Below, in pieces: positions 22,582 through 31,506 of a stretch of DNA of 64,000 bases. The notes below the pieces were generated by a model. It was not told the DNA's origin and made no database searches. It saw only the letters and a list, made by a program, of their open reading frames with translations. The first letter of the stretch is position 1; every line of letters starts with the position of its first letter. The stretch comes from an uncultured Psychroserpens sp. (lineage in GTDB: Bacteria > Bacteroidota > Bacteroidia > Flavobacteriales > Flavobacteriaceae): contig CANLEE010000001.1 in NCBI GenBank assembly GCA_947489585.1, forward strand, positions 364,946 to 428,945, read 5' to 3'. The translations under genes were made by a program, and so were the position numbers.

Positions 22582-23922
22582 ATGACAGAATTTTTAATAC
22601 ATAGCGAACGTTGCTTTATTGATCAAGGGTTTCTTGAAGCCACGCTTCACATTAAAAATCATAAAATTCATGACATCTACGAAGGCTATCATGTCATTGA
22701 AAAGGTTCCTTTTTTAGATTATGAGAATCTCATTGTCATGCCTGGAATAATTGATGCTCATGTTCATATTAATGACCCAGGACGTGAAGACTGGGAAGGT
22801 TTTGACACGGCTACTAAAGCAGCAGCCATTGGAGGAATCACAACACTTATCGAAATGCCGCTAAACGCAAGTCCCGTGACTACAAATGTGAAAGCATTTA
22901 AACTCAAACAAGAAGCATCAAAAGATAAACTTCATGTAAATTGTGGGTTTTATGGAGGAATCATTCCATCAAATAAAAATGACATTGAAGATCTAATAAA
23001 CGAAGGTATTTTTGGCATCAAAGGGTTTTTAGCACATTCTGGAATTGATGAGTTTCCTAATATTTCAAAACTAGATTTAGAAGCCATTGCTCCTATGCTA
23101 AAAAAACACAATATTCCATTACTATTGCACTGTGAATTAACAGACAACCATGTTCCAGAAATCACAAATTCAAAAAGTTATCAAGAGTATTTACATTCAA
23201 GACCGCAACACTGGGAAACCAATGCTATTGATTTAGCTATAGATATTCAAAAACGGTTTGATATAAAAGTGCATATCGTTCACCTTTCTGCTTCGGAAGG
23301 TATTAAACAAATTAAGCAACATAAGCAAGAAACTAATAAACTGACCGTTGAAACTTGTCCGCACTATTTGTATTTTGATGCTGAAACTATTCCAGATGAA
23401 TCTCCAATTTATAAATGTGCGCCTCCAATTAGAGAGAAGACAAATAATGATACACTTTGGAACTTTTTATTAGATGATGGCTTTAATTTTTTGGCCTCAG
23501 ATCATTCCCCTGCACCGCCAGAACGCAAACAATTAGAAAGTGGTGATTTTTTTAAAGCTTGGGGCGGAATTTCAGGATTGCAGTTCTCATTACCTGTATT
23601 ATATTCTGAAGGAAAAAGAAGAGGATTATCAGCTGAAAAATTAATTTTATTACTCACAAAAAAACCCGCAGAATTCTTAGGGTTAGATGACAAAAAAGGT
23701 GTTTTAGCTGTCGGTTTTGATGCAGATATTACAGTTTGGGACAATGCGCAAGAATTTCAAATAACAGAAGATGCTATTCAACATAAACATAAAGCAACAC
23801 CATATTTAAACGAAACGGTATTTGGAAAAGTAATTCATACATTTGTTAATGGTGTTCAAGTGGTTGAGAATTCAAATTTAAAAACACTTCAACAAGGAAA
23901 ATTATTATTAAAAGATAAATGA
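22582..23922 (+). CDS. allB: Allantoinase
   Basis: PGIIDAHVHINDPG, HCE, HIVHLS, ETCPHY, KCAPPIR, SDHSP, WGGISGLQ. Confidence 0.93.
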   Translation: MTEFLIHSERCFIDQGFLEATLHIKNHKIHDIYEGYHVIEKVPFLDYENLIVMPGIIDAHVHINDPGREDWEGFDTATKAAAIGGITTLIEMPLNASPVTTNVKAFKLKQEASKDKLHVNCGFYGGIIPSNKNDIEDLINEGIFGIKGFLAHSGIDEFPNISKLDLEAIAPMLKKHNIPLLLHCELTDNHVPEITNSKSYQEYLHSRPQHWETNAIDLAIDIQKRFDIKVHIVHLSASEGIKQIKQHKQETNKLTVETCPHYLYFDAETIPDESPIYKCAPPIREKTNNDTLWNFLLDDGFNFLASDHSPAPPERKQLESGDFFKAWGGISGLQFSLPVLYSEGKRRGLSAEKLILLLTKKPAEFLGLDDKKGVLAVGFDADITVWDNAQEFQITEDAIQHKHKATPYLNETVFGKVIHTFVNGVQVVENSNLKTLQQGKLLLKDK

Positions 23923-24917
23923 TAGAAGAGAAACTAAAACAATATATTGACCTCGCTTCAGAAAAAATTGGCGGACAAGTATTATATGCGACTGACGACT
24001 TTTTTGCTGAAAAAGAGAATCTCATAAAGGAAGGTCGAGGCATTTTTATTCCAGACAAATACACCGAATTTGGCAAATGGATGGACGGCTGGGAGTCCAG
24101 ACGAAAAAGAACTCCTGGTCATGATTGGGCCATTTTAAAATTAGGTGCTGAAGGAAAAATCAAAGGCTTTGATATTGATACAAATCATTTTTTAGGAAAT
24201 CACCCACCTCATGCTTCTGTTGAAGCGATTAACTTAAAAGAAGCTGTTTCTGATTGGAGTAAAGCTGATGATTTATCATGGGAAGAAGTTTTACCAAAGT
24301 CGTCTCTAGACCCTGGAAGCCAACACTTTTTTGAAATCGATTCAGAAAAAAATTTTACACATGTTCGTTTACATATTTATCCTGATGGTGGTGTTGCTCG
24401 TTTTAGAGTTTATGGTGAAGTTTATAAAGATTGGTCTACAGTAAATTCTGAAGATCTTATTGATTTAGCATTGATAAATAATTGTGGGAAAGCTTTGCAT
24501 TGCAACGATATGTTTTTTAGTGTTATGGATAATCTTATTTCTCCAACTACAGGAAAAAATATGGGTGATGGCTGGGAAACTAAGCGTAACCGAACACCTA
24601 ATAACGAAGATTTTGTAATCTTAAGATTAGGACATCCTGGAATAGTTCATAAAATTATAGTAGACACCAAACATTTTAAAGGAAACTATCCAGATTCTTG
24701 TGCCATTGATGTTTGCAATTGTGATAGTGATGATGATGTTTTAAATGGCAATCACGAATGGAAACCATTATTACCTCAGCAAAAATTAGAAGCAGATAGA
24801 GAGCATCATTTTGAAAATGAGATTTTGCGAACAGAACAACCCATTACGCATGTTAAACTGAAAATATATCCAGATGGAGGCGTGAGTAGGTTACGTATTA
24901 TTGGAACTATTAAATAA
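23919..24917 (+). CDS. alc: Allantoicase
   Basis: Two-repeat architecture with DGWESRRKR and DGWETKR, PDGGVARFRV and PDGGVSRLRI, FKGNYP. Confidence 0.95.
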   Translation: MIEEKLKQYIDLASEKIGGQVLYATDDFFAEKENLIKEGRGIFIPDKYTEFGKWMDGWESRRKRTPGHDWAILKLGAEGKIKGFDIDTNHFLGNHPPHASVEAINLKEAVSDWSKADDLSWEEVLPKSSLDPGSQHFFEIDSEKNFTHVRLHIYPDGGVARFRVYGEVYKDWSTVNSEDLIDLALINNCGKALHCNDMFFSVMDNLISPTTGKNMGDGWETKRNRTPNNEDFVILRLGHPGIVHKIIVDTKHFKGNYPDSCAIDVCNCDSDDDVLNGNHEWKPLLPQQKLEADREHHFENEILRTEQPITHVKLKIYPDGGVSRLRIIGTIK

Positions 24918-24922
24918 ATTAA

Positions 24923-26326
24923 ATGATTGAAGTAATCTTACTTATTGCTTGGCTTGTTATTTTTTCAGTAATTGTTTCTGCTACCTATAAATTACACCAT
25001 TCAATTAAAGAGCTAAAAGCTCAAGGGAATGATGAAAAAGCAGATGCGATTCAAACATCACAAAATTGGTTTTATGCTTTAATTGTAGTTGCCTCAATAG
25101 GTGGAATTGGAATTTTATATCTATTCTTAAAAGGTACTATCTACGAAAGTCACTTTTTTGAATGGCTAAATTTAAGTGTCAGGCTAATCCACATTACTTT
25201 TGGTATTGCATGGATTGGTGCTTCTTTCTATTTTGTATTTTTAGAAAATGCATTAAATCGAACCGAAAACGTAAGAGACGAATTGGCTGGAAACCTTTGG
25301 GCTGTCCATGGTGGTGGTTTTTACTATGTTGAAAAATACAAACTCGCTCCTAAAAAAATTCCAAAACATTTACATTGGTTTAAATATGAAGCGTATTTCA
25401 CATGGCTTTCTGGCTTTTGTTTACTCTCGATTGTATATTATTTTAATGCTACATCCTATTTAATAGACCCAGAAGTTTTAGATATTTTACCCTCTACAGC
25501 TATAACAATTAGTATAGCCTCTTTAATTATTGGTTGGGTTTTGTATGATCAAATTTGTAAACGTTTAAGCAATAATAAAGTTGTATTTACTTTAGCAATA
25601 ACAGCTTTAGTTTTTCTTTTTGCATGGTTTTATGCACAAGTATTTAGTGGTCGTGCTGCATATATTCATTTTGGTGCTTTTTTAGGGACTTTAATGGCAG
25701 CTAATGTGTTTTTTATTATAATTCCTGGGCAAAAACGTATGGTTGCTGCAGCAAAAAAAGGATTAGCTCCAAATCCAGCTGATGGCAAAGCTGCTGGTTT
25801 ACGCTCTTATACTAACAACTATTTTACACTTCCTGTATTATTTGTAATGATAAGTAATCATTTTCCAAGTACTTTTGGAAATACATACCAATGGTTGGTA
25901 CTTATTGGTATTACTTTAGGAACAGCTGGAGTAAAACATTATTTAAACATTCGCGAGAAGGGCGAGCTTTCTGTTTGGGTTATGCCTATTTCGGTAGTTA
26001 TTTTATTTGGCATGGCATTTATGACTGCTCCTACACCACCAAAATATGAAAATTGCCAAGAAATTGTTTCCTTTACAGAAGTGCAAACGATTATTAATAA
26101 CAGATGTACAACGTGTCATTCATCAAATCCAACAGATGCTGTCTGGAAAGTTGCACCTAATGGCATAAAATATGATACCGCTGAACAGATTTTCAATTTA
26201 CGAGATAAGATTTTTCAACGTGTAGTCGTAAGTAAAAACATGCCGTTTAATAATAATCAAACTGGGATGACTCAGGAAGAACGCGACATGATTAATTGCT
26301 GGATTAATCAAGGCGCACCAAAATAA
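24923..26326 (+). CDS. puuD: Membrane urate hydroxylase with C-terminal cytochrome c (PuuD family)
   Basis: AWIGASFYF, WAVHGGGFY, WFKYEAYFTWLSGF, NNYFTLPVLFVMISNHF, CTTCH heme motif. Confidence 0.92.
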   Translation: MIEVILLIAWLVIFSVIVSATYKLHHSIKELKAQGNDEKADAIQTSQNWFYALIVVASIGGIGILYLFLKGTIYESHFFEWLNLSVRLIHITFGIAWIGASFYFVFLENALNRTENVRDELAGNLWAVHGGGFYYVEKYKLAPKKIPKHLHWFKYEAYFTWLSGFCLLSIVYYFNATSYLIDPEVLDILPSTAITISIASLIIGWVLYDQICKRLSNNKVVFTLAITALVFLFAWFYAQVFSGRAAYIHFGAFLGTLMAANVFFIIIPGQKRMVAAAKKGLAPNPADGKAAGLRSYTNNYFTLPVLFVMISNHFPSTFGNTYQWLVLIGITLGTAGVKHYLNIREKGELSVWVMPISVVILFGMAFMTAPTPPKYENCQEIVSFTEVQTIINNRCTTCHSSNPTDAVWKVAPNGIKYDTAEQIFNLRDKIFQRVVVSKNMPFNNNQTGMTQEERDMINCWINQGAPK

Positions 26327-26331
26327 AGATT

Positions 26332-27201
26332 ATGATAACACTAAACGAACTTAATTCAACTTCTGAACTAGAAGCCTTTTCTAAACTAGAACAATGTTGT
26401 GTCTCTAAGACTTGGATTAACAAACTGGTTCAGAGTAGACCTTTTTCTTCTGAAAATGAATTGATAAAAACAGCAGCTTCCATTTGGTATAATGACTGTA
26501 CAGTCGAAGATTTCAAAGAAGCATTCACAGGCCATCCAAAAATTGGAAATGTAGATAGTTTAAAAGAAAAGTTTGCACATACAGCTGAATGGGCTGGAAA
26601 CGAACAATCAAAAGTTGCTGATGCCAATATGGAAACCATAGAGGCTTTAGCAAAAGCAAATGAATTATATGAAGATAAGTTTGGATACATTTTTATTGTC
26701 AGTGCAAGTGGAAAATCTGCCGAAGAAATGCTCGCGATTATTAATACTAGATTGAATAATGACAATGAAGATGAAATTTATGTTGCCATGAATGAACAGC
26801 ATAAAATAACTGTCATTCGCTTAGCAAAACTTATAGAAGGCTTATCAGAGAACGCAGATTTAAGCAGCCATTTAACAACGCATGCTTTGGATACTTCAAT
26901 TGGTATTCCTGCAAGACACATGCTCATTACTTTAAAAGGTTTACGTAACAATCAATGGAAACCAATGAGTATAGGCATCACTAATAATGATGGTCGAATT
27001 TCAGATGTATTACCTCCTGGTAGGCTTTTAATCTCTGGGGTTTACAGCATGACTTTTGACACTGCAAGCTATTATAAAAACAATAATCAAAATGGTTTTT
27101 ACCCTGAAGCTTCAATTCAATTTGAAGTCACAGATAGTAGTCATTACCATATTCCATTACTAATTAATCCTTTTGGATATTCGACATATAGAGGAAGTTA
27201 A
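26332..27201 (+). CDS. uraD: OHCU decarboxylase fused to HIU hydrolase (UraD-UraH)
   Basis: N-terminal AFTGHPKIG, EQS and YEDKFGYIFIV motifs (UraD); C-terminal TTHALDTSIG, DGR and YHIPLLINPFGYSTYRGS motifs (transthyretin-like UraH). Confidence 0.9.
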   Translation: MITLNELNSTSELEAFSKLEQCCVSKTWINKLVQSRPFSSENELIKTAASIWYNDCTVEDFKEAFTGHPKIGNVDSLKEKFAHTAEWAGNEQSKVADANMETIEALAKANELYEDKFGYIFIVSASGKSAEEMLAIINTRLNNDNEDEIYVAMNEQHKITVIRLAKLIEGLSENADLSSHLTTHALDTSIGIPARHMLITLKGLRNNQWKPMSIGITNNDGRISDVLPPGRLLISGVYSMTFDTASYYKNNNQNGFYPEASIQFEVTDSSHYHIPLLINPFGYSTYRGS

Positions 27202-27211
27202 AACACTAATA

Positions 27212-27274
27212 GGTCTCGACTGCGCTCGGCCTGACAAGTAGCATTTAGATGTCTCCTCGAGCGCAGTCGAGAGG
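27212..27274. repeat. REP-like inverted doublet
   Basis: TCTCGACTGCGCTCG (27214-27228) and its exact reverse complement CGAGCGCAGTCGAGA (27258-27272); each 25-bp unit reads TGTCnnnnCGAGCGCAGTCGAGAnn; GC-rich in an AT-rich background. Confidence 0.8.
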
Positions 27275-27293
27275 TGAAAATAAAATTACAAGC

Positions 27294-28727
27294 ATGAATT
27301 TAAGTATTTCAGAAGATAAAAAATCAGCCATTTTTGACGATTTAAAAACGGCAAATCTAGCCTTTAATAAAATTTATAGAGGTGACAGAGAAGACAGACA
27401 ACCCATTCATACAGTTTATGGTGGCGCAAACCTTTTTAAGTCTAATACAACACAAGTTTTGGGGACTATTGCTTTAAAATCATTGTTGCATTATGCACCT
27501 AATTTTATTGAATTTGGGAAAGCTTTTAAACTAAAAGGAAGTAAAAAATTACCAACAAAACAAAAGAAACAGCAAAAACTCATACAAGAGTTAGAGGGTT
27601 TATCAAGTGAAGAATTAAAAAACCATCATGCTGGGTTTTCATATAACATCTACCAAAAAGTAATTGCAAAATTAAAAACTGAAGGTGTAGAAGACTTTAG
27701 AATCGATTTTGAAGATGGCTTCGGAAATCGTTCAGATAAAGAAGAAGATGACACAGCAATTTTTGCTGCAAAGGAAGTCGCGACTGGAATGACTGATGGC
27801 ACACTATCCCCTTTTATTGGTATTCGCATAAAACCTTTTACGGAAGAATTAAAACATCGCGGACAACGTACACTAGATTTATTTTTAACTACACTATTAA
27901 CAGAAACAAACGGAAAACTACCAGACAATTTTGTAGTAATGTTGCCTAAAGTAACTATTCCTGAACAAATCATCGCTTTAGTTTCCTTTTTTGAAGTGAT
28001 TGAAGACACCTTCAATTTAAAATCTGGAACACTTAAAATGGAAATGATGGTAGAAACCACGCAATCCATAATGGATCACAATGGAACAAACCCACTATTT
28101 AGATTTATAGCTGCAAGTAAAGGGCGTTGCATTGCAACACATTTTGGGACATACGATTACACCGCTTCAAATAACATCACTGCCTCTTATCAAGAAATGG
28201 ATCATGATGTTTGTGATTATGCACATTATACCACAAAAGTGGCACTAGCGCATACCGGAATTTGGTTATCCGATGGCGCAACCAATACGATGCCTATTGG
28301 CCCTCATCGTGGTGACTTAACTGAAGAACAAGAAAAAGAGAACAAGGATGTTGTACATCGTTCTTGGCTTAAAGGTTATGAACATATTCGTCATTCATTA
28401 TACAAAGGTTTATACCAAGGTTGGGATTTAAATCCAGCGCAATTGCCAATGCGTTACACTGCGGTTTATGCGTTCTTTTTAGAAAGTTATGATGATGCGG
28501 TTTTACGTTTAAAAACCTTTGTAGAGAAAGCAGCACAAGCCACTTTAATTGGGGATACGTTTGATGATGCTGCAACAGGACAAGGCCTTTTAAATTACTT
28601 TTTAAAAGCTTTAAATAGTGGCGCTATCACCATTGATGAAGTATTAGCAACAGGTTTAACCTTAGATGAAATTAGAACACGATCGTTCGCAAAAATTTTA
28701 AAGGATAGACGTGCTAAATTGAAGTAA
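27294..28727 (+). CDS. CitE/HpcH-like TIM-barrel lyase (DUF6986 type)
   Basis: QPIHTVYGGA, RIDFEDG, GIRIK, LPKV, MVET, GTYDY, LSDGATN, QGWDLNPAQLP. Start set at ATG 27294 because the ORF-track start lies inside the REP. Confidence 0.75.
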   Translation: MNLSISEDKKSAIFDDLKTANLAFNKIYRGDREDRQPIHTVYGGANLFKSNTTQVLGTIALKSLLHYAPNFIEFGKAFKLKGSKKLPTKQKKQQKLIQELEGLSSEELKNHHAGFSYNIYQKVIAKLKTEGVEDFRIDFEDGFGNRSDKEEDDTAIFAAKEVATGMTDGTLSPFIGIRIKPFTEELKHRGQRTLDLFLTTLLTETNGKLPDNFVVMLPKVTIPEQIIALVSFFEVIEDTFNLKSGTLKMEMMVETTQSIMDHNGTNPLFRFIAASKGRCIATHFGTYDYTASNNITASYQEMDHDVCDYAHYTTKVALAHTGIWLSDGATNTMPIGPHRGDLTEEQEKENKDVVHRSWLKGYEHIRHSLYKGLYQGWDLNPAQLPMRYTAVYAFFLESYDDAVLRLKTFVEKAAQATLIGDTFDDAATGQGLLNYFLKALNSGAITIDEVLATGLTLDEIRTRSFAKILKDRRAKLK

Positions 28728-28729
28728 GT

Positions 28730-29221
28730 TTAAATCAATTTTGTTAAATCCTTTTTATCTAATAACTGGTACTTAGAAATTTTATAATGTCGAATTATAT
28801 GCTCCAATAGTGAAGTTCTCACTACTAATATAAGATGATGATTTAGGTTTAATTGATAGCTATTAATAATAGTTATTGCTGACTCATGCAAACCAATATT
28901 TTTAAGTTCAAGTTTCCCTAGTTCATCAATAATTACATAATTGTAGGCTCTTTTATCATTAACGTCAATTAAATACTCATTTGCTTTCTGAAACGATGAT
29001 TTTAAAAATCGAAAGGGGCCAACTGATACTATTTGGGAATTATCAACACCTTTTTGAATTTCAAGAGGATACGTGTCTTTCGATTTAATATTCAAAAAAT
29101 AGCGCTCCCCTTTGTCATCATCAGGACACAATACACCATCGACATCATATCGACCGTTACACCAATCTAAAAGGGCAGATGTCTTTCCTGTTCTAACGTT
29201 TCCTGTTAAGATGTAAATCAT
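28730..29221 (-). CDS. Small P-loop NTPase (THEP1/DUF2478-like)
   Basis: ILTGNVRTGKTS Walker A and VIIDELGKLE Walker B. Confidence 0.75.
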   Translation of the reverse strand: MIYILTGNVRTGKTSALLDWCNGRYDVDGVLCPDDDKGERYFLNIKSKDTYPLEIQKGVDNSQIVSVGPFRFLKSSFQKANEYLIDVNDKRAYNYVIIDELGKLELKNIGLHESAITIINSYQLNLNHHLILVVRTSLLEHIIRHYKISKYQLLDKKDLTKLI

Positions 29222-30225
29222 TCTGAAGTCACTTTAAAATGAATACAATTAGAAATGCTATTCGCCATAAAATACTTAAAACGTGTATAACCTTTCAAAT
29301 GTTTGGTCTCCTTCCAAGTGTAAGAAATAATATGCCTAAAATATGGAAACAAATCCATTGCATTGGTAATGTCTTCTTTGTATTGCGATTCTTTTTTATT
29401 CAAATATTTACGAACCAACTTCAATAATAAAGGTCCTAAAACTAAATACCAGAGCATTAAAATCAAAAAACTTCTTAACACAATATAAACGGCTTTTTGC
29501 CATCCAAATAATGGTCCGCCAAAAACGTAAAATGCTAATACAATTAGGGCAATCGTAATTAACCACACCCAAATAACTTTCGCTCTAAAAGACACATTCT
29601 TCTTTGCATCTTCTGAAATTAAATCACTTGGATGTAACTCAAAAACAGCGTGCTCCTTTTGACTAATAATAGTCATAATATGTTTTATAAAAATTCCTGC
29701 TAAAACCCCACCAATTCCATAAACGAAAAGATAAATCGTAATCAAAACTGACGTTGCAGAAGTTTCTGAAACAAAGCTCATTTTATTTTGAATCCAAGCA
29801 CCATAAATATTTATGGCTTCCCATAGTTCTGTTCCGTAAACCACAGTTAATACAATCAATTTTTGAAAAGCAGATTGCAAAAACGTCACAATTCCTAACA
29901 CAATTAGTGTGGCGCCTTTCCATGATAAATTAGAAAACAAAAACGCACCAAAAACCGCCTGAAAACTTACAGAAATATAAGCTGCAAATGGTGAATATGG
30001 GCTGACAGCCATTTTTATAATTAAGACTATAATAAGGGCTTTTAAAATCGCTTGCCATTTGTTTTCGGCATAATAAGCAATTAAACTAATCAATAAAATA
30101 GCAATGCCGCCAACAATCAATCCTGTAAAAGGCGAATTAAAGACATGTAAAAACCCACCAAGACCAGACTCATTTAAAGCCCAGAGTGCTGTTAGCTTGT
30201 CTATAATAGATTTGTTAGTCTTCAT
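29218..30225 (-). CDS. Multi-pass membrane protein of unknown function
   Basis: About 8 hydrophobic segments; LWALNESGLGGFLH-x3-PFTG N-terminal motif; overlaps both neighbours. Confidence 0.75.
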   Translation of the reverse strand: MKTNKSIIDKLTALWALNESGLGGFLHVFNSPFTGLIVGGIAILLISLIAYYAENKWQAILKALIIVLIIKMAVSPYSPFAAYISVSFQAVFGAFLFSNLSWKGATLIVLGIVTFLQSAFQKLIVLTVVYGTELWEAINIYGAWIQNKMSFVSETSATSVLITIYLFVYGIGGVLAGIFIKHIMTIISQKEHAVFELHPSDLISEDAKKNVSFRAKVIWVWLITIALIVLAFYVFGGPLFGWQKAVYIVLRSFLILMLWYLVLGPLLLKLVRKYLNKKESQYKEDITNAMDLFPYFRHIISYTWKETKHLKGYTRFKYFMANSISNCIHFKVTSE

Positions 30226-30991
30226 TCTTGTAATGCACTTCTAGTAATTGTGCCGCAACGCTAATGGCTATTTCTTTAGGTGTATCTCCTCCAACTTGCA
30301 ATCCAATTGGACAAACGACATTACGCATGCCTTCTTCAATATTCATCTCTTTTATGAGCATATTATTAAATCGAACACGTTTGGTTTTACTTCCTATTAA
30401 ACCTAAAAACTTGGTGTCATTTTGAAGTGACATCGCGACGATTTCAAAATCAATGGAATGATCATGAGTTAATACTAATATATAGCAGTTTTTTCCCCAT
30501 TTCACAACATCTCTAAAAGTCTTGAAATTATCAATATCAACTTGACAACAATTGATGCTTTCATCTAATGTTGAATTTTTAAACCAATCTGGACGTGAAT
30601 CGATAAGATTAACGGTAAAAGGTGTATCGACTAATATTTTGGCAATTTCATATCCAATATGTCCGGCGCCAAATAAAAATAATTCTGGTGATTGATTCAT
30701 AGGTTCTATTATAAATTCAACTTTTCCACCACAGCATTGTTCAAACTCTGGCCCTAAAGTATAATTAGATTCAATAATTTTATTTTCGTGAAGTGCTATC
30801 AGAGCTTTTTCTGTAGCTAGAAACTCTAACTTCCCTCCTCCTATAGTGCCATGAAGTACTTTATCGTTGGTAATAATCATTCGAGACCCCAAAACACAAG
30901 GTGTTGACCCTAAGCACTTTGTAACCGTGACTAGAGCAACAGGTTGTTGCTGTTTTTTAAATTCTGATAAAAGTTCGATCCAATTCTTCAT
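30215..30991 (-). CDS. xdhC: Xanthine dehydrogenase accessory (Moco insertion) protein
   Basis: GSTP, GTIGGGKLE, CCGG, LFGAGHIG, VLTHDH, GLIGSKTKR, CPIG, PKEIAISVAAQ. ATG at 30991 preferred over TTG at 31000. Confidence 0.92.
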   Translation of the reverse strand: MKNWIELLSEFKKQQQPVALVTVTKCLGSTPCVLGSRMIITNDKVLHGTIGGGKLEFLATEKALIALHENKIIESNYTLGPEFEQCCGGKVEFIIEPMNQSPELFLFGAGHIGYEIAKILVDTPFTVNLIDSRPDWFKNSTLDESINCCQVDIDNFKTFRDVVKWGKNCYILVLTHDHSIDFEIVAMSLQNDTKFLGLIGSKTKRVRFNNMLIKEMNIEEGMRNVVCPIGLQVGGDTPKEIAISVAAQLLEVHYKNED

Positions 30992-31086
30992 TCTTAGCAA
31001 AAAGAGAATTTAAAAGTAAGACTTTTTTGTGCAAACCATATTTCATTTTTGTTATAAAAATAAATTAGCATTCTGCTAAATTTTCT

Positions 31087-31111
31087 GTTAAGTTTGATAA
31101 TTAATAGCGAC
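31087..31111 (+). promoter_or_regulatory. Candidate alternative-sigma promoter TAAG-N15-CGAC upstream of the arsS operon
   Basis: GTTAAG tttgataattaatag CGAC; similar motifs at 47911-47935 (-) and 48026-48050 (+). Confidence 0.35.
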
Positions 31112-31164
31112 AAAAACGTAATACTTACATTTACGTAGATAGTATAACTCTTGAAAATTGAAAC

Positions 31165-31500
31165 ATGTCAAAAACATATTACGATCCTGCAGACCTTAGA
31201 AAGTTTAGTAAAATCACAGAGTGGAGCGAAGAATTAGGAAATAAATTCTTTGACTACTACGGAAAAGTTTTTGAAGAAGGCGCCCTTACAGCTCGTGAAA
31301 AATCTCTTATTGCATTAGCTGTTGCACATACAGAACAATGTCCTTATTGCATTGATGCTTACACCAAAGATGGTTTACAAAGAGGTGTTACGAAAGAGGA
31401 AATGATGGAAGCCATTCATGTTGGTGCTGCTATAAAAAGCGGAGCCACCCTTGTACATGGTGTTCAGATGATGAATAAAGTGAATAAATTAGACGGTTAA
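31165..31500 (+). CDS. AhpD/CMD-like protein associated with arsenosugar radical SAM genes
   Basis: GALTAREKSLIALAVAH and QCPYCID motifs; immediately upstream of arsS. Confidence 0.88.
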   Translation: MSKTYYDPADLRKFSKITEWSEELGNKFFDYYGKVFEEGALTAREKSLIALAVAHTEQCPYCIDAYTKDGLQRGVTKEEMMEAIHVGAAIKSGATLVHGVQMMNKVNKLDG

Positions 31501-31506
31501 TAGTAG

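Noticed and set aside
27249-27293. N-terminal MSPRAQSRGENKITS of the DUF6986 ORF
   Set aside because: It is encoded by the REP unit; ATG 27294 behind an A-rich leader is the more plausible start.
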